IMG/VR virus record: IMGVR_UViG_3300036987_000040
Coordinates: 1-44,095 of that record
Source of the DNA: a virus
Lineage: Duplodnaviria; Caudoviricetes
DNA length: 44,095 nt
Strand: one strand, 5' to 3'
Shown: positions 27,009 to 36,315 of the stretch, in pieces
How positions within the stretch are numbered: position 1 is the stretch's first letter
Layout of the letters: every line of letters starts with the position of its first letter
The notes under the pieces: generated by a model
Seen by the model: only the letters and a program-made list of their open reading frames with translations
What the model was told of the DNA's origin: nothing
Databases searched by the model: none
Translations under genes and position numbers: made by a program

Positions 27009-27650
27009 ATCGGCTTGATCGGATCATTTCTCGGCACGGACCAGCGGAAAGACATCAACCGCGCCAACGCGCAAGCCAACGGCTACCTCGATACCGGGTA
27101 CAACTCCGCCAATGCCGACTACGGCACGGCGATCAACAACTATAACCCCTATGTGCAGCAGGGCGGCGCGGCTAACACGTTCTACGGCAACGCCCTCGGC
27201 TTGAACGGGCAGGACGCGCAGAACCAGTCGCTGCAAACGCTGACGTCGAATCCCTTGTTCCAGGGTGAACTCGGGCAGCAGTCGAACGCATTGCTCCGGA
27301 CGCTCAACGCACAGGGCAACTCTGGGGGCGGAAAGGCGCAGCTCGCCGGCCAACGCGTGTTCCAGCAAAACGCATCCTCGTGGCTCGACAAATACAACCA
27401 GCTCGGACAGCAGGGCTTGCAGGCGACGGGGCAGCAGTCGAATGCGCTGATGGGCCGGGCCGATCTGGCGTCGAACTATGCGACCGCGAAGGCGGGGAAT
27501 TCCATCAACTATGGGAATGCGCTGGCGTCGTCGCGCTCCACAGGCATCAACAACTTATTGTCGCTTGGTGGGCTCGCGATCAACGCGGCAACGCCCGGTC
27601 TCGGCGGCGCATCGGCGTTTGGCAACCTTAAGAAGGGGCTCGGCTACTGA
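27009..27650 (+). CDS. DNA ejection protein (gp7-like); start is ATC 27009 or TTG 27015
   Basis: Gln/Asn/Gly-rich; NPYVQQGGAANTFYGNALGLNG; GGAGG at 26996-27000. Confidence 0.8.
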   Translation: MGLIGSFLGTDQRKDINRANAQANGYLDTGYNSANADYGTAINNYNPYVQQGGAANTFYGNALGLNGQDAQNQSLQTLTSNPLFQGELGQQSNALLRTLNAQGNSGGGKAQLAGQRVFQQNASSWLDKYNQLGQQGLQATGQQSNALMGRADLASNYATAKAGNSINYGNALASSRSTGINNLLSLGGLAINAATPGLGGASAFGNLKKGLGY

Positions 27651-28828
27651 TGGCATTCGGACAACTCCCCGCCTACCAGTATCCCCAGAACGCGCTCCTG
27701 AATTTCGAACCGGTCAACAGCGCGGTGACGGGCTACCGCAACGCCCTCAACCAGCAGACCGGCTTCGACTATCAGAAGGGCCAGGACGCGGTCCAGAACA
27801 AGCGGCAGAATGCACTCCTAGGCCTCCAGCAGCAGCAGGGCGCACGCGAGCAGACGACCTTCAACCAGGGCCAGCAGGACCGCGCCCACAAGGCGCTGGC
27901 AGCAACCTTCCAGGCCATCGGGCAGGAGCCACCGGAGCGACGGGCGCAGCTCTATTCCCAGGTGCGCGGGCGCGTGAAGGACTTCGACAACGACGTCATC
28001 TCTGCCGGCGGCGATCCCAACGACATGGAATCGACCATGCGCATGGTGACGGCGCAGGCGCTCGGCTACCAGACGCCGGCAGCCCCCGAGATCAAAGAGG
28101 TCAACGGGCGCCTCGTTGCCGTCTCTACGCCGCGGGGAGGCACACCGACGGCAACGGAGGTCTACGCGTCACCGGGCGGCGGCTTCAAGGACGGAAAGCA
28201 GCAGGCCGACGTCGAGGAGGGCCTGCGCAAAGAATACTCGTCGCAGGCGAAGAACTTCGTCACCATTCGCGATGCCTACAACAACGTGCAGCAGCTGGCC
28301 AGCAAGCCGAGCCCGGCGGCCGACATCGGCCTCGTCTACTCCATTATGAAGGTGTTCGACCCGACGTCGGTCGTGCGCGAGACGGAATACGCCACGGCGC
28401 AGAATGCCGCCGGCGTGCCCGATCAGGTGCGCAATATGTGGAACCGCATGCTCTCCGGAGAACGTCTGAACCCGGAGCAGCGGACGGACTTCGTCAACCA
28501 GGCGAAGTCGATCTACGGCACCCAGGAACAGTCCTATCGGGCAATGCAGGACCAGTACCGCGGCATCGCCGAGCGCAAGAACCTCGATCCCCGCAACACG
28601 ATGATCGAGTTCGCCAACCCGCAATCCGCCGGGCCGGCGCAGACCGAGGCATCGGGCATTGCTGGCGCCGGCATGCCTTCACGCTCACAGCCGACGCAAC
28701 CTGGCGCACAGGGACAAATCCCGCCCGGCGCGGTGCAGCTCCTGCGTTCCAATCCCTCGCCCGAGATCATCCAGCAGTTCGAGCAGAAGTACGGCCCCGG
28801 CGCCGCGCAGCAGTTCTTGGGCCGATAG
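27650..28828 (+). CDS. DNA ejection protein
   Basis: Gln-rich; LVYSIMKVFDPTSVVRETEY; position in the ejection cluster. Confidence 0.8.
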   Translation: MAFGQLPAYQYPQNALLNFEPVNSAVTGYRNALNQQTGFDYQKGQDAVQNKRQNALLGLQQQQGAREQTTFNQGQQDRAHKALAATFQAIGQEPPERRAQLYSQVRGRVKDFDNDVISAGGDPNDMESTMRMVTAQALGYQTPAAPEIKEVNGRLVAVSTPRGGTPTATEVYASPGGGFKDGKQQADVEEGLRKEYSSQAKNFVTIRDAYNNVQQLASKPSPAADIGLVYSIMKVFDPTSVVRETEYATAQNAAGVPDQVRNMWNRMLSGERLNPEQRTDFVNQAKSIYGTQEQSYRAMQDQYRGIAERKNLDPRNTMIEFANPQSAGPAQTEASGIAGAGMPSRSQPTQPGAQGQIPPGAVQLLRSNPSPEIIQQFEQKYGPGAAQQFLGR

Positions 28829-31039
28829 ATGCCGAACATATTCGATCAGTTCGACGCCGGGCCTGCACCGAGCCAAGGCCTCGTCGGCCGGCAGACGCTT
28901 GGACCCTATCCGCGCGCGCCACAGCAGCCCGGCGGCAACGTCTTCGACCAGTTCGATGGCCCCGCCGGCATGGCGCAATCGGCCGCGCAGACGTTCCGCC
29001 AGCTCCCCGGCGAGCCCGCTGGCGCCATGATCGACCCGCGCGCACCAGAACCGGCTGCGCCGCAGCCCACGCCCCAGCAGTCGTCCGCTTCGCAGATGTA
29101 CCAGGGCGAGCAGGAGTACCAGATCGCCGCCCGGCAATCGACGTCGCAGGACGTGCGCAACCCGGGAGGCGATTTTGCCCGCCCGGTGCTCGGCAAGGCC
29201 TACCAGCTCGACGACGGCTACGTTTATTTCGACGGTCCCGATGGACGTCCACAGATCGCCGACAAGGCCCGACACGTGGTGCTGCGCGACCCGCAGTCGG
29301 ATCAGCAGTTTGTCTTCGAGCGCACGCCGGAAACGCAGCAGAACAAGGCATTGAGCCTTGGCCGCGTGCTGGCCCCGGGCATGGCAACGAATCCGGTCAC
29401 CGGCGTCGGCCGCGGCAGCGGGTTGACGGCGGCCACGCGCACGGGGCAGGCCGCGAACGAGATCGAGCAGGATGCCGCGGCCTTCAACCGGCTCGGAGTG
29501 CGCCCATTCGGCCCGGCGTTCTCCTCCGGCCCCGTCGGGGCCACCGCAAAGCAGATCACGGAATTGCCGTTCGTCGGCGAGCCCACGCGTCGCGCTCTGA
29601 CGGAAAGCCTCGAAGGCACGCGCGATGCTGCCCGCGATGTGGCGTCCCGGTACGGATCATCGACCACCGCGCGCGAAGCCGGAGACGTGGCACAGCAGGG
29701 GCTCGAGCGCTTCAAGGATGCGCGCCCCGCCGACGTGCTCGACGATGCAGCGCGCAATCTGCCCGATGCACGGATAAGCCAGACCGTCGCAGCGCCGGCC
29801 CGGGAAACCTCGTTGAAGGCCAAGCAGGCGGCCCTCTATGAGCGGGCGTGGCGGCGCATCCCCCAGGACATGCAGCGCGGGCGTGCGGTTCAAGGCCAGT
29901 CGCGGGTCATGGGCAACCCGCAGAACACCCGGGCGGTGCTCGAAGGCGTGGCCGACCGCATGGCGCGCATGACGCAGCAATCGGGACAGGGTGCCGTCGA
30001 CAAGGGCTCCCTGCGGCCGGCAGCCGGTCACCTGGGGCAGATCATCGACGCCGTTCGCAACCCGCGCTGGACGGCCAACCTTCAGACGCTGCGGGAGATG
30101 CGCTCGGAGTTCCGCCGACTCGCCTCCGGCATGTCGGATACGGAAAAGAACGTCCTCAAGCACTCCGACCTCGAACGCATCCAGGGCGCCATCACTGCCG
30201 ACATGGTGTCGCTGTTGCAACGCAATGCCGACGCCTACCGGCGGGCCGGGGACGCGGCGACGGCCGCAGGGTTCGAGCGCTCGATTCGCGAGTTCCGCCG
30301 CGCAGACCAGTTCACCCGCCTGTCCATGGAACGGCTGGACAGCATCGAGCGGCTGTTCCGGGCGGAAAGCGCCGAGGCGCTGGCGCGCAACATCACCCAG
30401 GCGGCGCTATCGGGCGGCCGTGGCAACGAGCAGATGCTGGCGACCCTCAGGAGAACACTGCGCCCCGAGGAAATGGGCGAGATCGCCTCCTCGATTATCA
30501 ACGAGATGGGCCGCCCTGTGGGGTCCGCTCGGGGAGAGACGCAGCGTATCGGGTTCTCGGTCAATTCCTTCCTGACCAAGTGGCAGAACATGAGCCCGCG
30601 CGCGAAAGCCATCCTGTTCGACGGCGAGCACCGGGCGGCGCTCGATGACCTGGTGCGGGTGGTCTCACGCGGCGCCAACGTCGAAGCGCTCGGGAATTCG
30701 TCACGCACGCTGTCCAACGCCACAGGCATCGGTTCGATCGGTGCTGCGGGGGCGATGGCAACGCAGGGCGTCGGGGCGATGGGTGCCGGTCTAGCGACCG
30801 CGGGTGCCCTGTCTGGAGCTTCGGTGATCTTCTCCCGCCCATCCTATGTCCGCTGGGTGATCGGGTATCTCAGGGCCAAGCAGGCCGTGCGCAGCCCCCA
30901 GGGCATGGGCAAGGTCGCCGCCAGCATCAACCAGCTAGGCCGACTGGCGGCGGAAGACCCGCTCCTGGTGCCGCTCCATCGCATGCTTAGCGCGGACGTC
31001 GGGGTCGAACCCGCGGGCGATCCACCAGCCAAAAACTGA
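28829..31039 (+). CDS. Large DNA ejection protein
   Basis: N-terminal NIFDQFD/NVFDQFD repeats; Ala/Arg-rich helical body; Gly-rich hydrophobic segment near the C-terminus. Confidence 0.8.
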   Translation: MPNIFDQFDAGPAPSQGLVGRQTLGPYPRAPQQPGGNVFDQFDGPAGMAQSAAQTFRQLPGEPAGAMIDPRAPEPAAPQPTPQQSSASQMYQGEQEYQIAARQSTSQDVRNPGGDFARPVLGKAYQLDDGYVYFDGPDGRPQIADKARHVVLRDPQSDQQFVFERTPETQQNKALSLGRVLAPGMATNPVTGVGRGSGLTAATRTGQAANEIEQDAAAFNRLGVRPFGPAFSSGPVGATAKQITELPFVGEPTRRALTESLEGTRDAARDVASRYGSSTTAREAGDVAQQGLERFKDARPADVLDDAARNLPDARISQTVAAPARETSLKAKQAALYERAWRRIPQDMQRGRAVQGQSRVMGNPQNTRAVLEGVADRMARMTQQSGQGAVDKGSLRPAAGHLGQIIDAVRNPRWTANLQTLREMRSEFRRLASGMSDTEKNVLKHSDLERIQGAITADMVSLLQRNADAYRRAGDAATAAGFERSIREFRRADQFTRLSMERLDSIERLFRAESAEALARNITQAALSGGRGNEQMLATLRRTLRPEEMGEIASSIINEMGRPVGSARGETQRIGFSVNSFLTKWQNMSPRAKAILFDGEHRAALDDLVRVVSRGANVEALGNSSRTLSNATGIGSIGAAGAMATQGVGAMGAGLATAGALSGASVIFSRPSYVRWVIGYLRAKQAVRSPQGMGKVAASINQLGRLAAEDPLLVPLHRMLSADVGVEPAGDPPAKN

Positions 31040-31120
31040 CACCGTCCCGATCGTCCACGGCGACACCGTGCACATGACGATCAAGAGCCCGAAACCGAAC
31101 TTGCGCAACAGGAACCCCAT
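30935..31120 (-). CDS. Small membrane protein antisense to an ejection gene (superinfection-exclusion candidate)
   Basis: Hydrophobic N-half, basic tail; occupies the intergenic gap. Confidence 0.5.
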   Translation of the reverse strand: MGFLLRKFGFGLLIVMCTVSPWTIGTVSVFGWWIARGFDPDVRAKHAMERHQERVFRRQSA

Positions 31121-31142
31121 GCCCGCATCGGTAGCACGCTAG

Positions 31143-34100
31143 ATGGCCGAGAAAAAGAACGCTCTGATGCGCGAGCCACAGGTCACCTTCCGCGCCTCGA
31201 TGCTTCCCTTTGCCAACTTCGATGATGGCTCAGTGGGACTGGCATGGCCGCAATCTGCCGTCGACGCCAAGAACGCGCTGATGCGATTTGGTAATTCCGT
31301 CGATGCCGCAACAGGGTCTCCATGGTCTCCTGAAGAGACGTTCCCTAGGGATGAGGATGCTGTTCTAGCCGGGTTGGCAATGACGGGGAGTGGGTTTGCT
31401 GGGCTTGGGAGTAGGGTAGGGAAGACTGTTTCAGGCATGGCTCGGGAGGGTGTCGAGCCCCCCGTCAGTCTCGCCTCTTCACCTGTGGAAGCGGGGAGGG
31501 CTCCGGTCACTGGTCCGTACTCAGGTCGCGTCTATCGCGGTGCGGCCGTTGAAGAGCAATGGCCGCCGACCGATCCTAAATATTCGCGGTTCTTTGCCAG
31601 CGACAATCCTGATGTGACCAGCGAGTACACCGGGGCGAGCTATGCAAAGTGGGCGCCCAGTGGAGGCCCACACGCTCCGTCGGTAACGCCGGCCGACGTG
31701 TCGTTCAATAACGCGCTCATGGTGGACGCCATGGGGCGAGGATATCCGGAGATACCTTGGCAGGGCGGCATCATCGATACCGATGGTCTCGCCAATATCG
31801 CCCGGGAGCAGGGACACGACGGGCTGGTGGTGAAGAACGTTCGTGATGGCGGCGGTGGAGATCATCCGTCCGGCCCACCATCGAGCGTGGTCGTTGGTCT
31901 GGGTCGCGGCACCGTCAAATCGCCCACGACCGGAGAAACCCTCTTCTCCAACCCCAAGGAAGCTGCACCCGCTGGCCTTCTTGCCACCTCCGGTCGCTCT
32001 GCCGAGTCTGTGCAAGTCAGAGCGTTGAAGGCGCAGCGCGATCAGTTGCAAGACTGGATTGACCGTTCCGGAGGCGTACCACCAGGCTGGCACGATCGAT
32101 TGGCGGAACTTGATGCGGAGATCATAGCCGCTGGAGGGCAACCCAAGCCATCAGTCGATTTGGCGAATGCGAAGGTGGGGGCACGCGCGTACCGAGGAGC
32201 CGATACCGCGCAGGATTCGCGCCACGATGTGTTCTGGGCGTCGAGCAGCCCGAGGACAGCTAGCGAATACGCCGCTAACACGGACGCACGGCATGCGCGA
32301 GTGCTGCCGGTTGACGTCGCCTTCAAGAACCCGTTGGATATCGATGCGCAGGGGGGCAACTGGCGCCACGTGCCGTATCAGGGTTCGCGCCTTTCCACCG
32401 ACCAACTCGCCGATCTGGCGCGAAAGGCTGGGCATGATGGGCTCGTTGTCCGCAACGTCGATGACTATGGCCCTGAGGCAACGACGTATGCCGCATTGAC
32501 GCCCGGCACGGTCCGTTCGGGCACCACGGGTGAGACGCTGTTCGCGAACGCCAAAGAGGGTGCGCCCGCAGGCTTACTCGCCACCTCCGGCCTCGAACGC
32601 CTCAAAGCAGAAGACGCCATCAAGCCAAGACCGTTTCCTGATGCGCCGCAAACAGTCGACGAACTGGAATCCTTCCTCAAGAGCGGGGATGGAAATTCCA
32701 GAACGCGTGCCGATGAAGCCTGGGGTGAAGATCCCCAACGCTATCTCGATTACGCCTACGGCATGGGTCAGGTGATGAACCCTGAATCCGAATGGTGGAG
32801 TGGAAGCCCGACGTTGAATGCGGGCGGGCCGGGTGCAGGTGCAGTCGCAACAGCAGGAAACGGTGACATGCCCGGAAACTTCGATGCAGCGTTTGCAGAA
32901 CTTCATCAGGCGCTGGTTGATCTGGATGGGGATGGCGTGCCGGATGTCGCTGTGCCGAGGAATGCACTTATGGGAGGAGGGCAGGTGCCGCAGCGGCAGA
33001 GTAATGCGCTGATGGGCGGTGGGCAGTCCTACGACAACAGCAATTTCCCATCCGGCGGACAGTTGCCGAACTACGGCTTCGGGCCAATGACGCAGATGTC
33101 TCAACTCGGGCTTACGCCTGAGGGGGCTGGGTCGATCAGCGGGCCGGCACCGAGGCCGCGGGAGTACACAGAGCCATTGGCCGAGATGACTCCGCCGCCG
33201 ATTCCGGGCGGAGGGCTCATGGCGCGAGCAGCGCCGCGAATTGCTGGCGCGATCGCTGGCGGCCTAGGCCTCAGCGCGATGGTGAGCGACGCTGGAGAAG
33301 GAGCCGACAGCCCTTCCGCCAACCTCTATAAGCAGCAGGGCGCTCTGGCGAAGCGTTTGGAAGATACTCGGGCGAAGATGGACGCCGAAGAAGCGAACGG
33401 CGGTCGCGGGCGCAGCTGGTCAAGATTGGACGCCGAGGCGCGCGGCATCTCCGCTGAGCTGGAGGGCGTCAACCGTATGCTCGAAGCAGAGCGTAATTCC
33501 CCCGAGCGGCAGCAAGATATCGCCAAACGGGCTCAGGAACTCGAGGCCGAAGCGAAGACTCGCGAGGCGCGCACTCCGTTCCGAGAGCGTTATCCAAATG
33601 CCGCGGGCGTGCTGCCTATGGCAGGCATGGCGATTGCGGGCGCAGTACCGTTCGGCATGGGGGCGAAGAAGGCCGCGGGGTCGTTCTTCCCGGGAAGCTT
33701 CGCCGGTCGCGTCCGCTCAGGGATCGCCGAGGCCGAGGGTGCGATCAGGTCCGGCGATGAAGCCGCCATGGACGTCAGTCGCCGCTACTTGGACAACTTG
33801 GTTTCCGAACAGCCGACGATGGCTTCCAAAGGCGGAAACGCGCTTCTGGCTGGCGCGTCAGGCGGGGGGCTCGCAGCAGAGGCAGGCATGTTCCCAGATC
33901 AGTACGACGCCTACAACCTGCCCGCTGGGCCGGAACAAGACGCGGCGCGAGAGCGCTCGCTGAACCCCATGAACTATCTCGAGCGCGGCGGGATAGGAAC
34001 GCTGACCGGCCTGTCGGGATACAAGATTGGATCGCTTGTTCCGGAACGTAAGCCCAACATTGCGCGCGCGAACGCGCTGTCCAGCTTTATGAGCGATAAT

Positions 34101-34208
34101 CAGGCCGCCCCGGCACCAGCGTCACCGCAGGTGATCACCCGCTCGTCGTCCGGGACGTATCACGGTCCGGATGGTCGGTTCATAAGCCCGCCACGCAGAA
34201 CTCCGTAG
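31143..34208 (+). CDS. Polyvalent injected protein with two ADP-ribosyltransferase-like (ART-PolyVal-type) modules
   Basis: Two copies of YRG...F(F/W)AS...SEY...V(S/A)F(N/K)N...LA..AR..GHDGLVV(K/R)NV.D. Confidence 0.78.
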   Translation: MAEKKNALMREPQVTFRASMLPFANFDDGSVGLAWPQSAVDAKNALMRFGNSVDAATGSPWSPEETFPRDEDAVLAGLAMTGSGFAGLGSRVGKTVSGMAREGVEPPVSLASSPVEAGRAPVTGPYSGRVYRGAAVEEQWPPTDPKYSRFFASDNPDVTSEYTGASYAKWAPSGGPHAPSVTPADVSFNNALMVDAMGRGYPEIPWQGGIIDTDGLANIAREQGHDGLVVKNVRDGGGGDHPSGPPSSVVVGLGRGTVKSPTTGETLFSNPKEAAPAGLLATSGRSAESVQVRALKAQRDQLQDWIDRSGGVPPGWHDRLAELDAEIIAAGGQPKPSVDLANAKVGARAYRGADTAQDSRHDVFWASSSPRTASEYAANTDARHARVLPVDVAFKNPLDIDAQGGNWRHVPYQGSRLSTDQLADLARKAGHDGLVVRNVDDYGPEATTYAALTPGTVRSGTTGETLFANAKEGAPAGLLATSGLERLKAEDAIKPRPFPDAPQTVDELESFLKSGDGNSRTRADEAWGEDPQRYLDYAYGMGQVMNPESEWWSGSPTLNAGGPGAGAVATAGNGDMPGNFDAAFAELHQALVDLDGDGVPDVAVPRNALMGGGQVPQRQSNALMGGGQSYDNSNFPSGGQLPNYGFGPMTQMSQLGLTPEGAGSISGPAPRPREYTEPLAEMTPPPIPGGGLMARAAPRIAGAIAGGLGLSAMVSDAGEGADSPSANLYKQQGALAKRLEDTRAKMDAEEANGGRGRSWSRLDAEARGISAELEGVNRMLEAERNSPERQQDIAKRAQELEAEAKTREARTPFRERYPNAAGVLPMAGMAIAGAVPFGMGAKKAAGSFFPGSFAGRVRSGIAEAEGAIRSGDEAAMDVSRRYLDNLVSEQPTMASKGGNALLAGASGGGLAAEAGMFPDQYDAYNLPAGPEQDAARERSLNPMNYLERGGIGTLTGLSGYKIGSLVPERKPNIARANALSSFMSDNQAAPAPASPQVITRSSSGTYHGPDGRFISPPRRTP

Positions 34209-34366
34209 AACGTCGCACATCCGGCGAAGGCGGCAATCGCGCCGGCGATGATCATCTCGCCGGGCTGGAGGGTCTGAAAGATAAGACGCGGGCTCCACAC
34301 GCCCATGGACACCAGGGCCAAGCCAGCGGCGAGAAACAGCGTACCCTTCGCCAGTTCCAATCTCAT
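34160..34366 (-). CDS. Small two-TM membrane protein antisense to the polyvalent gene
   Basis: Two clear hydrophobic helices; fills the intergenic gap. Confidence 0.6.
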   Translation of the reverse strand: MRLELAKGTLFLAAGLALVSMGVWSPRLIFQTLQPGEMIIAGAIAAFAGCATFYGVLRGGLMNRPSGP

Positions 34367-34465
34367 CTGACAATCACTCTCTGAAATCTGCGTAGCCTTT
34401 CAAACGCGGCGATCTTCGCACGCGCGAGTCCTTCCTACAACTCCCAACCTCATCAAGGCTAAGCG

Positions 34466-35767
34466 ATGGCGGATGTCAAAGAAGTCCTGAAGCCAGGGCA
34501 ACGCATCACCGATTCCACTGGTGCCGTCGCCTCTGGCGCCACCCTGGAGTTCTACGAGGCCGGCACCTCGACCCCGAGAGAGGTGTTCTCCGACTACGCC
34601 CTTTCGACGTCACTGGGCGTGGAGGTCACCACCGATTCCGCCGGATACCCTACCTCCGACGGCAGTGCCAAGGTCAACATCTACACCGGCCCAGGCCGCT
34701 ATAAGATCGTGTGCAAGGCGTCGAACGATACCGTGCTGTGGTCCGTCGACCAGATACCCGGCGCCCTCGATACCTCAGGTTTTCAGACCGCCGGCAGCAC
34801 GCTTCCCGCACCCGCCATCACCAACACCGCCAACCCGGCGACCCTGGAGATCGGCAACCAGGGCAACTACCTCAACGTCAACTGCTCGGGCGGGGATGTC
34901 ACCATCACCCTCGACACCGCCGCCGACCTCGGCAACGGCTGGTTCTGCAAGGTCCGCCATGACGGCAGCGCCAATCAGGTGCTCATCGTCGGTACCGGGG
35001 GCGAGCTGTTCAAGGTTCCCGCGCCCCTGGCCGGCGTCACCTCGTTTGCACTTTCGCACCGGGGCCAAGTGGTCACCATCACCTGCGATGGGGCGGAGTT
35101 CAAGGTGGAGGAATCCTCTCCCGCCCTGTTCAACACGACCGGCATCATCATCATCGCCGACCGGCTCAACACCCCACCCTCTGCCGAAGCCGGCGCCCGC
35201 TACATCGTCACCTCCGGGGCGACGGGGGCGTGGTCTGGATATTCGCAACACGACATCGCCGAAGCCGATGGGGCGGGGGGGTGGTTCCGCTATACGCCGC
35301 CAACGGACTGCGGGTGGGTCGCCTTCGTGCAGGACGAGGACTTCTATTATTCGTTCGTCGGCTCGGCATGGATCGCGACCGGCGGGCAGTTCGTGCCCAT
35401 GGCGGTGCAGGCCGACATGGAAGCGGCGACGGCAGGGAAGGTGGTCACGGCGGGTGTGCAGCACTTCCACCCGGGGCACCCCAAATGCTGGGCCTATGTC
35501 ACGGTTTCCGGCGGCACGCCGACCTTGCAGACATCCTACAACATCACCTCGATCACGGATGCCGGCACGGGTCTGCTGACCCTCACCATCGCAAACGACT
35601 TTTCATCGGCCAACTGGGCACCGTTCGCGACGGTGGCGAGCAACGACGAGGCGATCGTGATGTACACAAACATTGCCGCAGGATCGGTGCAACTCACGGC
35701 CAGGTCTGACACAGGAACCAGCCTGGACCCGCCCGCCTGGTCGTTCCTCGGCATGGGAGACCTCTGA
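34466..35767 (+). CDS. Tail fibre/spike with N-terminal attachment domain and DUF2793-like segment
   Basis: GATLEFYEAGTSTPREVFSD N-terminus; TPPSAEAGARYIV...GAWSG...GW.AFVQDE. Confidence 0.82.
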   Translation: MADVKEVLKPGQRITDSTGAVASGATLEFYEAGTSTPREVFSDYALSTSLGVEVTTDSAGYPTSDGSAKVNIYTGPGRYKIVCKASNDTVLWSVDQIPGALDTSGFQTAGSTLPAPAITNTANPATLEIGNQGNYLNVNCSGGDVTITLDTAADLGNGWFCKVRHDGSANQVLIVGTGGELFKVPAPLAGVTSFALSHRGQVVTITCDGAEFKVEESSPALFNTTGIIIIADRLNTPPSAEAGARYIVTSGATGAWSGYSQHDIAEADGAGGWFRYTPPTDCGWVAFVQDEDFYYSFVGSAWIATGGQFVPMAVQADMEAATAGKVVTAGVQHFHPGHPKCWAYVTVSGGTPTLQTSYNITSITDAGTGLLTLTIANDFSSANWAPFATVASNDEAIVMYTNIAAGSVQLTARSDTGTSLDPPAWSFLGMGDL

Positions 35768-36315
35768 TGACCTATGCACTCATCGCCCTGGAGCACGCCT
35801 CGGGGAACGTCTCGCGCATGCAGTTCGGGACATACCGCAAGCGCCACCAGCTGGATGACGCGCTCGCCCTCAAATCCGGGTTCAAGCTCGACGAGGACGG
35901 GCACTGGACGCGCGAGGCGTCGGACGATTTCGTCACGGCGGAGATCAAGAAGTCTGCCTTTGCCGATGCGGTAACGCGCTGGTGGCGGCCGAAGGACGAA
36001 TCCGAGCTTCCCCCAAGGCAACAGCGGGTGAAGGCGAAGGTGGTGGCATTGCAGCCGGTGGCCACGCCGGATGAAGACCCCCTCCCCCAGTTCCTGCAAC
36101 GGGCACAGCCGCAACCCGTCGCCCCGGAAATGTCCGCCCGCCTCGACGCCTTCGAGCAACGGGTGAAGGAAGTCATAGACCGTCCAGTGCCAAGGTTCTC
36201 GGAAGACGACATCGCCGCACTGAGACAGGAGTTCAACCAGAAGCTCGAGGAGATGAAGCGGGGCTTTGAGCTGTTCGTGGCGAGGGAATTCAGAAAGGTG
36301 GGGGGTGGGACGTGA
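35767..36315 (+). CDS. Hypothetical protein (possible fibre assembly factor)
   Basis: Coupled to the tail fibre gene. Confidence 0.65.
   Translation: MTYALIALEHASGNVSRMQFGTYRKRHQLDDALALKSGFKLDEDGHWTREASDDFVTAEIKKSAFADAVTRWWRPKDESELPPRQQRVKAKVVALQPVATPDEDPLPQFLQRAQPQPVAPEMSARLDAFEQRVKEVIDRPVPRFSEDDIAALRQEFNQKLEEMKRGFELFVAREFRKVGGGT

Noticed and set aside
27478-29841. 787-aa Arg/Pro-rich alternative-frame ORF
   Set aside because: Off-frame shadow of the ejection genes, explained by GC3 bias
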